Assembly: GCA_964462565.1 (NCBI GenBank)
Contig: CAYWYC010000001.1
Span: 5,738 to 69,737, forward strand
DNA from: an uncultured Candidatus Sumerlaeota bacterium
Lineage (GTDB): Bacteria; Sumerlaeota; Sumerlaeia; UBA8349
Reading direction: 5' to 3'
Length of the DNA: 64,000 nt
Below the pieces are notes generated by a model. The model saw only the letters and a list, made by a program, of their open reading frames with translations, was not told the DNA's origin and ran no database searches. Shown in pieces: positions 28,777-39,121 of the stretch. Positions within the stretch are counted from its first letter, which is position 1; each line of letters starts with the position of its first letter. The translations under genes and the position numbers were made by a program.

Positions 28777-30306
28777 CTATTCGAGCAAGGCGTGAGACAG
28801 ACGATAATGCTGTTTAAGTGCCGGGTACAGAGCATGATAGAGACCGTAAATATCATTGTATCGACGCTGGTTTTCCGCGTTTGGTTCGATCCGCAGGTCC
28901 GTCGGCACCAATTGATCCACCGCGTCCGTCAGGTCGGGATAAACGCCCGATCCGACACCCGCCAGAATAGCCGCGCCAAGACCCGGACCACCACCGCCCT
29001 TTAGGGTCACCACTTCCGCCCCCAGAATGTCCGCCATCAATTGCCGCCAGAAAGGAGACTTGGCCCCGCCGCCGATAAGACGCACTTCATCCACCTTCAC
29101 ATTCATCGATCGCACCACCTCCATATTGTCACGCAGGGCAAAACTGACCCCTTCGACGATGGCCCGGATCATGTGGTCGGGATTATGCCGGAAGGAAAGA
29201 CCGACAAAGGCCCCGCGCGCATGGGGGTCGTTAATCGGGGTACGTTCGCCCATGATGTAAGGCAAAAAGAACAGGCCTTCACTGCCAACGGGAATCTGGG
29301 CAGCCTTCTCCATCATAATGTCATAGGGATCGCGCCCTTCTTTTTCTGCCTGGGCCGTTTCGCGAAAGGCATATTTGTCCCGATACCAGCGCAAGCACAT
29401 ACCCGCCGAAAGCACCACACCCATCAGGTACCACTGCTCCGCCGGAGCCGCGCAGAAATTATGCAGCCGCATGTCGGGATCGCTTCGCACACTGGCCATG
29501 GGCGAAAAAAGCACTCCCGACGTGCCCAGAGACGCAAAAAGACGACCTTCCACAACGACACCGGCCCCGATCGCTCCACAGGGATTATCAGCCCCTCCTC
29601 CCACAACGGGGGTTCCCGCGTGCAAGCCGGTAGCATCGGCGGCTTCCTTTGTGACGGTACCGGTTACTTCAAAAGAGGCCTTGACGGGAGGCATCCATTC
29701 TTCCGGAATATCAAGAGCCTTCAGCAGTTCGCTCGACCAGCGCCGTTCGGCCACATTAAACATGGCAGTCCCGGCGGCGTCGGAAATATCCGTCGCAATA
29801 TCCCCGGTCATTTTATATCGCAGGTAATCCTTCGGCAGCATCACCGTGCTGACGCGCTTCGCATTTTCCGGTTCGTTTTTCTGCAGCCACACCACCTTGG
29901 GCAAGGTAAAGCCCGTCATCACCGGATTGGCAATCCACTTCTGCAGATTATCCAAACCGATTTTTTCAGTAACCTCTTCACACTCTTTCCAGGTACGGCT
30001 GTCATTCCAGAGGATGCAGGGGCGAATCACCTTGCCCTTTTCGTCCAGAAAAACCGAGCCGTGCATCTGTCCGGAATATCCGATACCCTTGATTTCCTCG
30101 GGGGACACGCCAGATTTTTCGATCACCTCTCTGGTGGTTTCACAGGCGGCCTTCCACCAATCTTCCGGATCCTGTTCCGACCAACCGGGATGGGGTGCAC
30201 TCAGGGGATATTCCCTGCCTGCCTGGGCGACGATTTCGCCGTCTTCGCGCATGAGGATAGTTTTTGTTTCCGAGGTGCCAAGATCAATTCCGAGTAAGTA
30301 TGACAT
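28777..30306 (-). CDS. xylB: FGGY-family carbohydrate kinase, xylulokinase-like
   Basis: N-terminal LGIDLGTSETK, HPGWSEQDPEDWW, and C-terminal GGGAKS motifs of FGGY kinases. Length 509 aa. The substrate assignment is by family resemblance only. Confidence 0.75.
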   Translation of the reverse strand: MSYLLGIDLGTSETKTILMREDGEIVAQAGREYPLSAPHPGWSEQDPEDWWKAACETTREVIEKSGVSPEEIKGIGYSGQMHGSVFLDEKGKVIRPCILWNDSRTWKECEEVTEKIGLDNLQKWIANPVMTGFTLPKVVWLQKNEPENAKRVSTVMLPKDYLRYKMTGDIATDISDAAGTAMFNVAERRWSSELLKALDIPEEWMPPVKASFEVTGTVTKEAADATGLHAGTPVVGGGADNPCGAIGAGVVVEGRLFASLGTSGVLFSPMASVRSDPDMRLHNFCAAPAEQWYLMGVVLSAGMCLRWYRDKYAFRETAQAEKEGRDPYDIMMEKAAQIPVGSEGLFFLPYIMGERTPINDPHARGAFVGLSFRHNPDHMIRAIVEGVSFALRDNMEVVRSMNVKVDEVRLIGGGAKSPFWRQLMADILGAEVVTLKGGGGPGLGAAILAGVGSGVYPDLTDAVDQLVPTDLRIEPNAENQRRYNDIYGLYHALYPALKQHYRLSHALLE

Positions 30307-30374
30307 TTAAAAGTGCCTCCTGTAGGTGCGGGAATGGTGGAATGGGTTTATGATCTATCAAGCATATCTGCTAA

Positions 30375-31478
30375 TTATTCATCTTCGTCGCCAAAAGCTG
30401 TTCCAACGGATCGGCCTGCCGCGATAAGGGGATGATCCATGGGGACCAACTTGACTTTTTCCGTCGCCTTTTGCAGGGAAACAGAGACAATCTTGTTGCC
30501 CTGAAGCGCCACCATCTGGCCCCATTCGTCAGAAGCAATCAACTCGATGGCCGCGTGGCCGAACTGCGTTGCCAGGAGCCGGTCAAAGGCGGTGGGCGGA
30601 CCTCCACGCTGGAGGTGACCGAGGGTGGTTACGCGGGTGCTGATGCCGGTGCTGTCCTGCACCTTGTCCGCCAGGTTTTTGCCAATGCCTCCCAAAATCT
30701 TCCGCCCCGAACTATCCGTCCTGTCCGAGTATTCCATCTCTTCCTGCTCCTTCGACTTGGCTCCCTCCGCCACTACAATAATACTGAAGCGCTTGCCCGT
30801 GCGATTTCTCTCCCGCACCCGCTCAAAAACCACTTCCTCGCGAAAGGGGATTTCGGGAATCAAAATAATATCACCACCGCCCGCAACACCCGCATAAAGA
30901 GCCAGCCAGCCTGCCGTGCGTCCCATAACCTCTACCACCATGGCCCGATGATGGGACATGGCCGTCGTATGCAGAATATCCAGGGCGTTCATGATAATGC
31001 TGACCGCCGAATTGAAACCAAAGGTCAGGTCCGTGGCCGAAATATCATTGTCAATGGTCTTGGGAACTCCAACAATCGGAATCCCCGCTTCATGGGCACG
31101 ATGGGCGACACGCTGAGTGCCATCGCCCCCAACGGCAACCAGCCCATCGATTTCATGCTTTTTCATCACATCTTTGACATAATCCCAGTCTTCTTCCGGC
31201 GAGTCAATTTTGCCAAGACGATGGGCTTCGGCGAAGGGGTCTCCTCGCGATGTGCCCAGGATAGTCCCACCCAGGGCCAATATGCCCGAGACGTCACGGT
31301 TGGAAAGAACCCGAAATTCTTCCATGACCAGGCCCCAATAACTGTCCTGAATGCCAATGACCTCCATGCCATAATCGTTTTGAGCCGTTTTGGCAACAGC
31401 ACGAATCACTGCGTTCAGACCGGGACAATCTCCACCACCGGTGAGAATGGCTATTCGTTTCGTTCTTGCCGATTTCAT
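30375..31478 (-). CDS. pfkA: 6-phosphofructokinase
   Basis: RIAILTGGGDCPGLNAVIR and VAVGGDGT motifs. The GGDG (not GGDD) context suggests ATP dependence. Length 367 aa. Confidence 0.85.
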   Translation of the reverse strand: MKSARTKRIAILTGGGDCPGLNAVIRAVAKTAQNDYGMEVIGIQDSYWGLVMEEFRVLSNRDVSGILALGGTILGTSRGDPFAEAHRLGKIDSPEEDWDYVKDVMKKHEIDGLVAVGGDGTQRVAHRAHEAGIPIVGVPKTIDNDISATDLTFGFNSAVSIIMNALDILHTTAMSHHRAMVVEVMGRTAGWLALYAGVAGGGDIILIPEIPFREEVVFERVRERNRTGKRFSIIVVAEGAKSKEQEEMEYSDRTDSSGRKILGGIGKNLADKVQDSTGISTRVTTLGHLQRGGPPTAFDRLLATQFGHAAIELIASDEWGQMVALQGNKIVSVSLQKATEKVKLVPMDHPLIAAGRSVGTAFGDEDE

Positions 31479-31523
31479 ACAGGACCTTTCCTTGTGCGTA
31501 TTTGCCAGCGCCGCCAGAAAATA

Positions 31524-33158
31524 TCAGTCAATATCTTCAATATTGGCGGGTGGATTATATTTGACATACAGTTTGTAGCCATACCAGCCAAGCCCCGCTA
31601 AAAGAGCCAACAGCAAGACCACCGTCATCATGCTCTTCTTGGCCTTGGCCTTGGCCTCCAGATCTGCCGCGCTTAGTTCTTTGGAAGCCGATTTTCCCGA
31701 CAACTTACCTTTGCCTTTCGACTCAACAGCCCCGCCTTCGAACTTCTTCTCCATGCGATCGAGCACTTCATGAACCGTAGCATCCAAGTGCGATTTGCCG
31801 GCTTCCTCCAGCAAGGCGTCATAAGCTTCGCGAACATTCATCACATTCAGGGCCTTGGCCGCCGCCAGGCGAACCGCTGCGTTCGGATCTCCCTTGGCGG
31901 TCTTGACCAGACTCGGTATAAAAGGAATCGCCGCACGACCAGCGCGACCGATGCCATTAACCGCGACGCTCCGCACGACCGGATCTTCAATTTCCAAAGC
32001 TTCCTGCAGTTTATTCAAAGCCGAACGCAGGCCCAGTTCAGACAAAACGGTCACCGCGATTTTCTGAAGGTCGGGGGAATAACTTTCCAGCTCGATCTGG
32101 TCACAAACTTTTTTGCGATCATACTTTACCGTCATGCGAATAATCTGGCGCAACATGCGGTCGTCATTTTCCACCGCGCCCAATGCCAATAGCGGCTCAA
32201 CGCGCCAATCGTCCAGATGCTTCAGCATACCACGAACTATCTGATTTTTGCCGCGTCCCGTAGGCAAAGACATGTAATAGCCGATCAGTGCTTCGATATC
32301 TTCTTCCTGAAAAAGTTTTTCGATATCGCGCATGGTCTCGGCGCTTGCCGAAAGACCGTCATCGGTCGCCTCTGCAGGACCTTCTTCCGCGGGTACCGTT
32401 TCCATCTCCATATCAAATTCCGACAGGTCCATGGCAGGCTTTGGCTTGACCGTCTCCACTTCCACATCAATATCATCGGGGAAATCAGGCTTCGGTGTCT
32501 CGCCGACTGTTTCCATCTCCATATCGATATCGCCGGGGGCATTCCGCATCATTTCCGAGTGATCCCGGGACGGCTTTTGTTCGTCCGGCGCCATTTCCAG
32601 TTCCGGTTCCGGCCATTCGGGCTCGGGTTGCTGGAATTCCCTGTCTTCCTCGGCCAGACGTTCCTCTATTTTATCGGGATCCACAGTCGGCACCATGTCC
32701 TCAACTTCCACAGGTTCCGATGGTCCCGAAGGGGTATAGTCCATATCTTCTTCGACAGCAGCAGGTTCAGGTGCGGGAGCAGGCTGGGCTTCCGGCTTAA
32801 CATCTTCTTCAGGCTTGTTTATTTTTTCATTGAGACGATCGTTCAGAACCTTGAACTGGGCCAGGACATTTTTATCACCGCGCTGCATGGCATCCTTGCC
32901 AACAGCATTCAGAATCTGCTTGATCTGCTTGACATATTTTCCCGAATCAAGGGTTACGGCTCTCGTCAGATATTTATGAAGATCCTTGAGGTCCTCGGTT
33001 TCATGATTTTTGAGGTAAACACGCGCGTAAAGATTGGCGAGTTGGATAACAAATTTTTCGTTTTTCGGTTGGGCCTGGACCTGTTTCGCCAATTCGTCGA
33101 TTTTCTCGCGGATATCTCCGCCACCGCTATCATGTTCCATCTCAAAATTCGAAGTCAT
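31524..33158 (-). CDS. HEAT/PBS-lyase-repeat protein with a central acidic repeat region and a C-terminal TM anchor
   Basis: HEAT-like repeats (DPVVRSVAVNGIGRAGRAAIPFIPSLVKTAKGDPNAAVRLAAAKAL). Central E/D/P-rich region containing repeated DxEMETV motifs. C-terminal hydrophobic helix MMTVVLLLALLAGLGWYGY. Confidence 0.55.
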   Translation of the reverse strand: MTSNFEMEHDSGGGDIREKIDELAKQVQAQPKNEKFVIQLANLYARVYLKNHETEDLKDLHKYLTRAVTLDSGKYVKQIKQILNAVGKDAMQRGDKNVLAQFKVLNDRLNEKINKPEEDVKPEAQPAPAPEPAAVEEDMDYTPSGPSEPVEVEDMVPTVDPDKIEERLAEEDREFQQPEPEWPEPELEMAPDEQKPSRDHSEMMRNAPGDIDMEMETVGETPKPDFPDDIDVEVETVKPKPAMDLSEFDMEMETVPAEEGPAEATDDGLSASAETMRDIEKLFQEEDIEALIGYYMSLPTGRGKNQIVRGMLKHLDDWRVEPLLALGAVENDDRMLRQIIRMTVKYDRKKVCDQIELESYSPDLQKIAVTVLSELGLRSALNKLQEALEIEDPVVRSVAVNGIGRAGRAAIPFIPSLVKTAKGDPNAAVRLAAAKALNVMNVREAYDALLEEAGKSHLDATVHEVLDRMEKKFEGGAVESKGKGKLSGKSASKELSAADLEAKAKAKKSMMTVVLLLALLAGLGWYGYKLYVKYNPPANIEDID

Positions 33159-33559
33159 TTTCTAATATCCTTGCACACAAAATTCACTCCCTAAGCCTAA
33201 CATAGAGAGCGCATTTAATAATAATGTTCTACGGAATCCCGCTTTGCAAGTAAAGAGATAATTTTTTACAGACTCCTGTCCTGAATAATTCTTTTCCGGC
33301 ATCCCTTTTCAAAGCATACCTTTCTTCCGTGGGTAATCTACCACAGCATTTCAAAATCCTCAAGAAACCAAGCCCCTTGATTTTTCTAAAACAAACCGCA
33401 ATAATAAATCCATATACACGCTTCTGTCGAAGCCCGGGAGAAGCACACGGCGTGATCGGGCCATGGCATCTCCGCCATATTTCGCATAGTTTGCCCAAAA
33501 TGAAGCAACCCATACCAAGTTGGCGCAAATACCATAAAGAAAGATTATAAACCAATAAA

Positions 33560-35164
33560 ATGACAGTGCAATCGATTCTTAGCTTCACCAACGACTACCA
33601 GGATTTTCTCCATGACGAATCCCGCAAGGAAGGCCGCGCCGATTCCATATCCTTCCCCAAAAACACCCAACAGGTTCAGGACATTGTTTCAGAAATGTAT
33701 ATGAACGACATGGCTATAACCGTTCAGGGCGCGCGCACCGGTATCGCTGCCGGAGCCGTCCCGGAAGGCGGGCATATCCTGAATCTGAGCCGGATGGACC
33801 GGATTTTGGGGCTTGAAAAGGCTTCCATGCCTGACTCGCCAGTCAAATTCCTCCTGCACGTGCAGCCGGGGGTCACCTTGCAGGAAATTCGTGAATCATT
33901 AGAAAATAAAGATTTCGACACTGAAAAATGGGATGACGAATCGAAAGAGGCCCTCGAAGAATTAAAGCAGGCCGATGCCTGGCTTTTTCCTCCGGACCTC
34001 ACGGAAACAACCGCCAGCATCGGCGGAATGGTCTCCACAAATGCCTCCGGGGCGCGGTCCTTTTATTATGGTCCCACAAGACCTCATGTTTACGCCCTTA
34101 GCCTGGTCCTGGCCGATGGAAGCCTGGTGGAATTGGAGCGCGGCAAGCAAAAAGCCAACGGCTTGACGTTCCGATTGGAACTCAGCAATGGACGCAACAT
34201 CGAAGGTTCCCTTCCCAATTACCAAATGCCCGATGTGAAAAGCGCCGCCGGATACTGGGTCAAGCCGGACATGGATCTGATTGACCTGATCATCGGCAGC
34301 GAAGGTACTTTGGGCATCGTTACCGAAATGAAGATCGGCATCCAACCCGCCGCACCAGTGCGCTGGGGTTTCACGGCGTTTTTGCCCTCGGAAGAAGAAG
34401 CCCTCAAATACGTCCGGGCAGTCCGCGGCGAGGACGTCGAAGGCGTCGATACCGAAATGGTGGCAAAACCATCGGCTATCGAATTTTTTAACGATCTGGC
34501 CCTCGAAATGCTCCGCAAGCAAAAAGCCGACAACCCCGCCTTTGCCTACCTGCCGGAGATGCCACCGGAATACAACACCGCCGTCTATGTTGAATATGAA
34601 GGACAGGATGAAGACGAAGTGGCCGAAGCAATCATGGCCGCGGCGGAAATGGCCGAAGCCTGTGGGGGCGATGAAGACGCCACCTGGTCGGCCACAGAAC
34701 CGTCTGAAATCGAGCGCCTGCGCCAGTTTCGTCATGCCACGCCCGAGGCGGTGAACCTGACCATCGACGAACGGCGCAAAACGGAACCCAAACTGACCAA
34801 ACTCGGCACCGATATGGCAGTGCCCGATGACAAGCTGGAAGAGGTTATGGCCCTCTATCGCAAAACGCTCGAAGAATCGGGGCTGGAATCGGTCATTTTC
34901 GGCCACATCGGAAACAACCATGTCCATGTGAATATTATTCCGAAAAATATGGAAGAATATGACAAGGGCAAGGCCCTTTATCTGGACTGGGCGAAAAAGG
35001 TCGTCGAAATGGGTGGAACCGTTTCGGCAGAACACGGCATCGGCAAGATCAAGGCTGCCTTCCTCTCACAGATGTATGGCAAGGAAGGAATCACCCAAAT
35101 GAAGGCCGTCAAAAACTTTTTCGACCCCAAAGGCTTGCTCAACCGGGGAACCCTCTTTGATTGA
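33560..35164 (+). CDS. FAD-linked oxidase (GlcD/D-lactate dehydrogenase-like, FAD_binding_4 plus FAD-oxidase C-terminal domain)
   Basis: N-terminal PCMH-type FAD-binding segment (ITVQGARTGIAAGAVP, HILNLSRMDRILG) and a C-terminal VIFGHIGNNHVHVNI motif typical of vanillyl-alcohol-oxidase/GlcD-family enzymes. Confidence 0.75.
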   Translation: MTVQSILSFTNDYQDFLHDESRKEGRADSISFPKNTQQVQDIVSEMYMNDMAITVQGARTGIAAGAVPEGGHILNLSRMDRILGLEKASMPDSPVKFLLHVQPGVTLQEIRESLENKDFDTEKWDDESKEALEELKQADAWLFPPDLTETTASIGGMVSTNASGARSFYYGPTRPHVYALSLVLADGSLVELERGKQKANGLTFRLELSNGRNIEGSLPNYQMPDVKSAAGYWVKPDMDLIDLIIGSEGTLGIVTEMKIGIQPAAPVRWGFTAFLPSEEEALKYVRAVRGEDVEGVDTEMVAKPSAIEFFNDLALEMLRKQKADNPAFAYLPEMPPEYNTAVYVEYEGQDEDEVAEAIMAAAEMAEACGGDEDATWSATEPSEIERLRQFRHATPEAVNLTIDERRKTEPKLTKLGTDMAVPDDKLEEVMALYRKTLEESGLESVIFGHIGNNHVHVNIIPKNMEEYDKGKALYLDWAKKVVEMGGTVSAEHGIGKIKAAFLSQMYGKEGITQMKAVKNFFDPKGLLNRGTLFD

Positions 35165-35170
35165 GGCAGG

Positions 35171-36730
35171 CTAAGCAAAGAACAGAAACGTGACGAGAAT
35201 CAGCACCGGAATCAAGATGGCTCCGCTATAAAGCATGTAGGAGAAAAAGCCGGGCATCTTGACACCCCCCTGTTCGGCAATGCTCTTGACCATGAAGTTC
35301 GGGCCGTTACCGATATAGGTGTTCGCTCCCATAAAAACAGCGCCGCAGGAGATGGCCATAAGAAGTTGCACGGGAATGCGGATCAACTCGCCTGAGGGAT
35401 TGATGCCCAGAGTAAGAAAATCCATCCCCGTCGGGGTCATGTTGGCTGCGGTCGAAAAATAAACCATGTAAGTGGGCGCATTGTCCAGAAAACTGGAAAG
35501 AATACCCGTCGCCCAGAAAAACTGCCACGGCTCATTCAAGCCCAGTTCCTGCCCGCGAATTTGCAATATCTCCATGGGCACCTGCATGGTAATAAATATT
35601 CCGATAAACAAACAGGCCACTTCAGCAATGGCAAAAAAGTTGAAATCATTGGCCCGTCGCACAATGCGCGGAGTCACTTTCAGCGAAATCAACGCCAGGA
35701 TAACCATCACGGCCTCACGAAGATAAATCTGCGGCAAGATCCAATCCGTCCCGAGAAAGGGACGCTCCGGCACGAAAAGCGCCACGGACAATATGACCCC
35801 GGCCAGCAATATCAAATTCACCTTGCCGCTCAACTTCAGGGGCTGCCGGTCTTCCTCGTCCTCAATAATATACTGCGCACCCTCCGTCACGTATGCATAG
35901 CATTCCCAGACATAATAAATTGCCAGCAAAATCAGCGTGCAGGTCAGCCACGGCCAGAAAAGTTTCAACGTCCACAAAAAAGGCACCCCCTTCAGGTAGC
36001 CCAGAAAAAGTGGTGGATCGCCTATCGGCAGAAGACATCCCCCCGCATTGCACACCAGAAAAATAAAAAAGATCACCGTGTGCCGCACGTTTTCCCGCTG
36101 GGAATTGATCTGGAGCAAGGGCCGAATCAGCAGCATGGCCACGCCGGTGGTTCCCATGATGCTTGCGAGCAATGCGCCAAGGGCCAGAAAGCCCGTATTC
36201 GTAAGAGGATGGGCAGGTATGTCACCCGAAAGGTTTATTCCTCCACTAATCGTGTACAAACTGAAAAGAAGGACAATAAAGGGAATATATTCTTCCAGAA
36301 CAGAATGGCGTATCAAAGCAACCAAGGTGGAATATCCAGGATGGGCATGGTAGCCAAAGGGGCGGAAAAAATAATAGACGCAGGTGATAATGGCAAGGAC
36401 TGCGGCAACCAGAAGTTTGTTCCGATTATGATGCCACCAATAATCCACCCGCGGTATAAGCGGGCATAAGGCGATGCACATGAGGAGCAGCGCGAAGGGC
36501 AAAACCCAATACCAGGAAGGCACGACGGCACTATGCTCGCCGGGGCTTTCGTCGCGGATAACGCTTATGTTGTGGACATCCTCTTCATTTTCCAGTTCGG
36601 ATTCGGTGGTTTGGGTTTCATCTGTATCCTGAGCCAGGGCAAATTGCGATATACTTGTTACCAATACCAGAAGGACGATCATCCATGTCCTTCCAGCCAG
36701 TGAACACATTATGGGTAGCACTTTTTGCAT
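35171..36730 (-). CDS. multi-pass ion transporter, ArsB/NhaD permease superfamily (putative Na+/H+ antiporter), with N-terminal signal sequence and acidic segment
   Basis: ~12 hydrophobic segments. SSFLDNAPTYMV resembles the conserved LDN motif of the ArsB/NhaD superfamily. The family assignment is tentative. Confidence 0.45.
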   Translation of the reverse strand: MQKVLPIMCSLAGRTWMIVLLVLVTSISQFALAQDTDETQTTESELENEEDVHNISVIRDESPGEHSAVVPSWYWVLPFALLLMCIALCPLIPRVDYWWHHNRNKLLVAAVLAIITCVYYFFRPFGYHAHPGYSTLVALIRHSVLEEYIPFIVLLFSLYTISGGINLSGDIPAHPLTNTGFLALGALLASIMGTTGVAMLLIRPLLQINSQRENVRHTVIFFIFLVCNAGGCLLPIGDPPLFLGYLKGVPFLWTLKLFWPWLTCTLILLAIYYVWECYAYVTEGAQYIIEDEEDRQPLKLSGKVNLILLAGVILSVALFVPERPFLGTDWILPQIYLREAVMVILALISLKVTPRIVRRANDFNFFAIAEVACLFIGIFITMQVPMEILQIRGQELGLNEPWQFFWATGILSSFLDNAPTYMVYFSTAANMTPTGMDFLTLGINPSGELIRIPVQLLMAISCGAVFMGANTYIGNGPNFMVKSIAEQGGVKMPGFFSYMLYSGAILIPVLILVTFLFFA

Positions 36731-37090
36731 GCAGCTTGCTCAATAGTGAAAGGTATAAACGGTGCGCCGCCTCAGGCAATGCTCCGCGAAGTCAATCCAA
36801 TTTTCCTGCATCCCCCAAAATTCCCCAGCCAACGGCCTTCTTGCCCAAACCGAAGGATACATAGCCCCTAATAAGACCATTTTCGGAAAAAAGAGTCAAG
36901 AACAAAGCCCTTTCGAAACCAACGAAATCAACTTTGGATCAGAAGAGGATAACAGCACAAAACATTCAGGCCCTTCCGGGATTTTTGGGGAAAATAATTC
37001 TGGGGGATCATATCGAAACAAAGACTCTTTGACAAAATCAAATCTGCTGGTTTTTTCGTGTATTTGGTGTATTTCGTGATTCCGGAAAAT

Positions 37091-37357
37091 TCATTCATAG
37101 AAACGCGAGGGCTTGCCGAGCAAATAATCGCGCATCGCATCGGGAAGCGGCAAAACCCAGATCGCAATAACAATTCCAGCCGCCGCAAAAAGGAGCGCGA
37201 TCACATGTCGCAAAAACCGGTCGGAAGCCAGTTTGGTATTACCCCGCATGGCCAAGCGATAGATCAACCACAAAGCCACCGTCAGACAGGCCAGGACAGA
37301 GATCACCTGAAGCGGAATCACCAGGACCTGCAAAACATTTTCCAGCCAGAAAGGCAT
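37091..37357 (-). CDS. small two-TM membrane protein (88 aa), function unknown
   Basis: An AAGGAG RBS lies ~13 nt upstream of the internal MPFWLENV Met. It has two hydrophobic helices and sits 16 bp downstream of ispE. Confidence 0.4.
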   Translation of the reverse strand: MPFWLENVLQVLVIPLQVISVLACLTVALWLIYRLAMRGNTKLASDRFLRHVIALLFAAAGIVIAIWVLPLPDAMRDYLLGKPSRFYE

Positions 37358-37373
37358 GTGTGACGAATCTCCT

Positions 37374-38276
37374 TTACATGAATCGGTAATGTCCGGTGCG
37401 CAAATCCGCGACTTCGCGCCACTTCTCGACGATAGCCGTTGCATCGTCCCGTTCGGCGCAAAGCGTGTAAAGCGTCGAACCGCTGCCGCTCATCCGAACA
37501 GGCCTGCCCGCCAGCGCTTCCAGACGATCCCGAAGCCGGCCGAGCTCCGGACGAATGGAAAAAGCCAGGCCTTCCATTTCGTTAAAACAATTTTGCAAAA
37601 CAGCATCGGTATCATGCATTTTCAGCGCGTGGATCAATTCCTTTAAGTGGCCCGTCTCGTGATCCGTCCCGGGCTGATAGGCGCGATAAACCTCCGGCGT
37701 GGAAACGCCATAATCGGGAAAGGCCATAGCCAGCCAGAGATAGGAACCATGATGTACCGGCTCCAGAATATCACCGATTCCCTTGCCTATGGCGCAGCTC
37801 GATTCCAGAAAAAACGGCACGTCGGCCCCGAGTTGGCTTGCGATGGCATGAACACGCTGCGGCGGAAGGTCTGGCTCAAAGCATTCGCAAAAGGCGCGCA
37901 GGGCCGTGGCGGCGTTCGAAGACCCACCGCCCAGGCCGCCGCCTGTCGGGATATGCTTCTTCAGGATGATCTCGACGGGTGGAATCTCAATTCCAGCCGC
38001 CTCGCGAATCGCGCGCCAGGCGCGGCTTATCAAGTTATCTTCAAGCCGCAAATTCTCAAGACCTGCTCCCTCAATAGACAAAAAAATATCATTCCTGGAG
38101 ACGCCGGTCGATTCCGGCAAAAATCGAAACTCCATACGGTCCACCAGATCGATCTTTTGAAAAAGCGTTTCGATATCATGATAACCGTCTTCGCGACGCT
38201 GTACAATACGCAGGAAGAGATTGATCTTGGCCGGTGAATCAAAAATCCGTTTTTCGTTTTCTTCCATATCCATCAT
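37374..38276 (-). CDS. ispE: 4-diphosphocytidyl-2-C-methyl-D-erythritol kinase
   Basis: GHMP-kinase ATP-binding motif PTGGGLGGGSSNAATAL and the N-terminal PAKINLFLRI segment typical of IspE. Length 300 aa. Confidence 0.85.
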   Translation of the reverse strand: MMDMEENEKRIFDSPAKINLFLRIVQRREDGYHDIETLFQKIDLVDRMEFRFLPESTGVSRNDIFLSIEGAGLENLRLEDNLISRAWRAIREAAGIEIPPVEIILKKHIPTGGGLGGGSSNAATALRAFCECFEPDLPPQRVHAIASQLGADVPFFLESSCAIGKGIGDILEPVHHGSYLWLAMAFPDYGVSTPEVYRAYQPGTDHETGHLKELIHALKMHDTDAVLQNCFNEMEGLAFSIRPELGRLRDRLEALAGRPVRMSGSGSTLYTLCAERDDATAIVEKWREVADLRTGHYRFM

Positions 38277-39121
38277 CCTATAAGCCGCTGGACAAAAGCC
38301 AGGCCTTCACGCATGAAGATTTCTTCCGACGGATAAAAAGGACGCCAGCAGGAAACCGCTGTGCGAATGGCTTCATTTGCCTGGTTGAAGGTTTCGAGCA
38401 CGGTCCAGCCCCGGTAGCCTTCCTGCTTGATGGCCTCGCCGATATCGATCCAGTTCACCTGGCCGCTTCCGGCCACGCCGCGGTCGTTTTCGCTGGCATG
38501 AAAATGAAAAAGCCGCTTCGCCTGGGCCGCCTTGCGTATTGCGTCGTCGCTGTGTTTCTCCTCGATGTGCATGTGAAAAGTATCGAGCAATAATCCGGCA
38601 TGAGGACTCTGAAGTGCTTCGCAAAACTCAATCCCCTGTGCAGTCGTATTCATGAAATTCGTTTCGAACCGGTTAAGTGGTTCAAAGGCAATGCGCACGT
38701 CGGCTTCTTCAGCGCGCGACATGATGGCCGACATGTTATCGAGAACTTCTTCGCGCTGGGCTTCCAGCGGAATTGATTCGTCCATATCGCCAACGCCCTT
38801 GTAAAGGGGTCCGCAAATAAGGCCCGCTTCCAGCCGAAGCGCGGCTTCAATCGTTGCTTCCATATATCGCGCGGCTGCCTGACGGGCCTTTTTTTCCTTG
38901 CCGTAAAAACGCGCCGCAGGAGGCAAGGCTCCCGAAACCGTCAGGCCAAGTCCTTCCGCCTGCGCCGCCTGACGAATCCCATCAAGTTCCATGGAAGCCG
39001 GATCAAATACCGGTACTTCCACCCCGTCAAATCCCATCTCGCGAATCATGGCGAACTTGTCCATCACGTCAGAACGGATGCGGTCGCTGAAGAGCATGAG
39101 GTTCAATCCGAATTGCATCAA
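38273..39121 (-). CDS. sugar-phosphate isomerase/epimerase, xylose-isomerase-like TIM barrel
   Basis: FDGVEVP...FEPLNRFETNF...HMHIEEKH pattern of AP-endonuclease-2/xylose-isomerase-like TIM-barrel proteins. Length 282 aa. Confidence 0.7.
   Translation of the reverse strand: MMQFGLNLMLFSDRIRSDVMDKFAMIREMGFDGVEVPVFDPASMELDGIRQAAQAEGLGLTVSGALPPAARFYGKEKKARQAAARYMEATIEAALRLEAGLICGPLYKGVGDMDESIPLEAQREEVLDNMSAIMSRAEEADVRIAFEPLNRFETNFMNTTAQGIEFCEALQSPHAGLLLDTFHMHIEEKHSDDAIRKAAQAKRLFHFHASENDRGVAGSGQVNWIDIGEAIKQEGYRGWTVLETFNQANEAIRTAVSCWRPFYPSEEIFMREGLAFVQRLIG

Noticed and set aside
33229-33591. 120-aa minus-strand ORF in the divergent intergenic region upstream of the FAD oxidase gene
   Set aside because: It overlaps the start of the FAD oxidase gene. 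It lies in AT-rich promoter-like sequence and has no recognisable motif.
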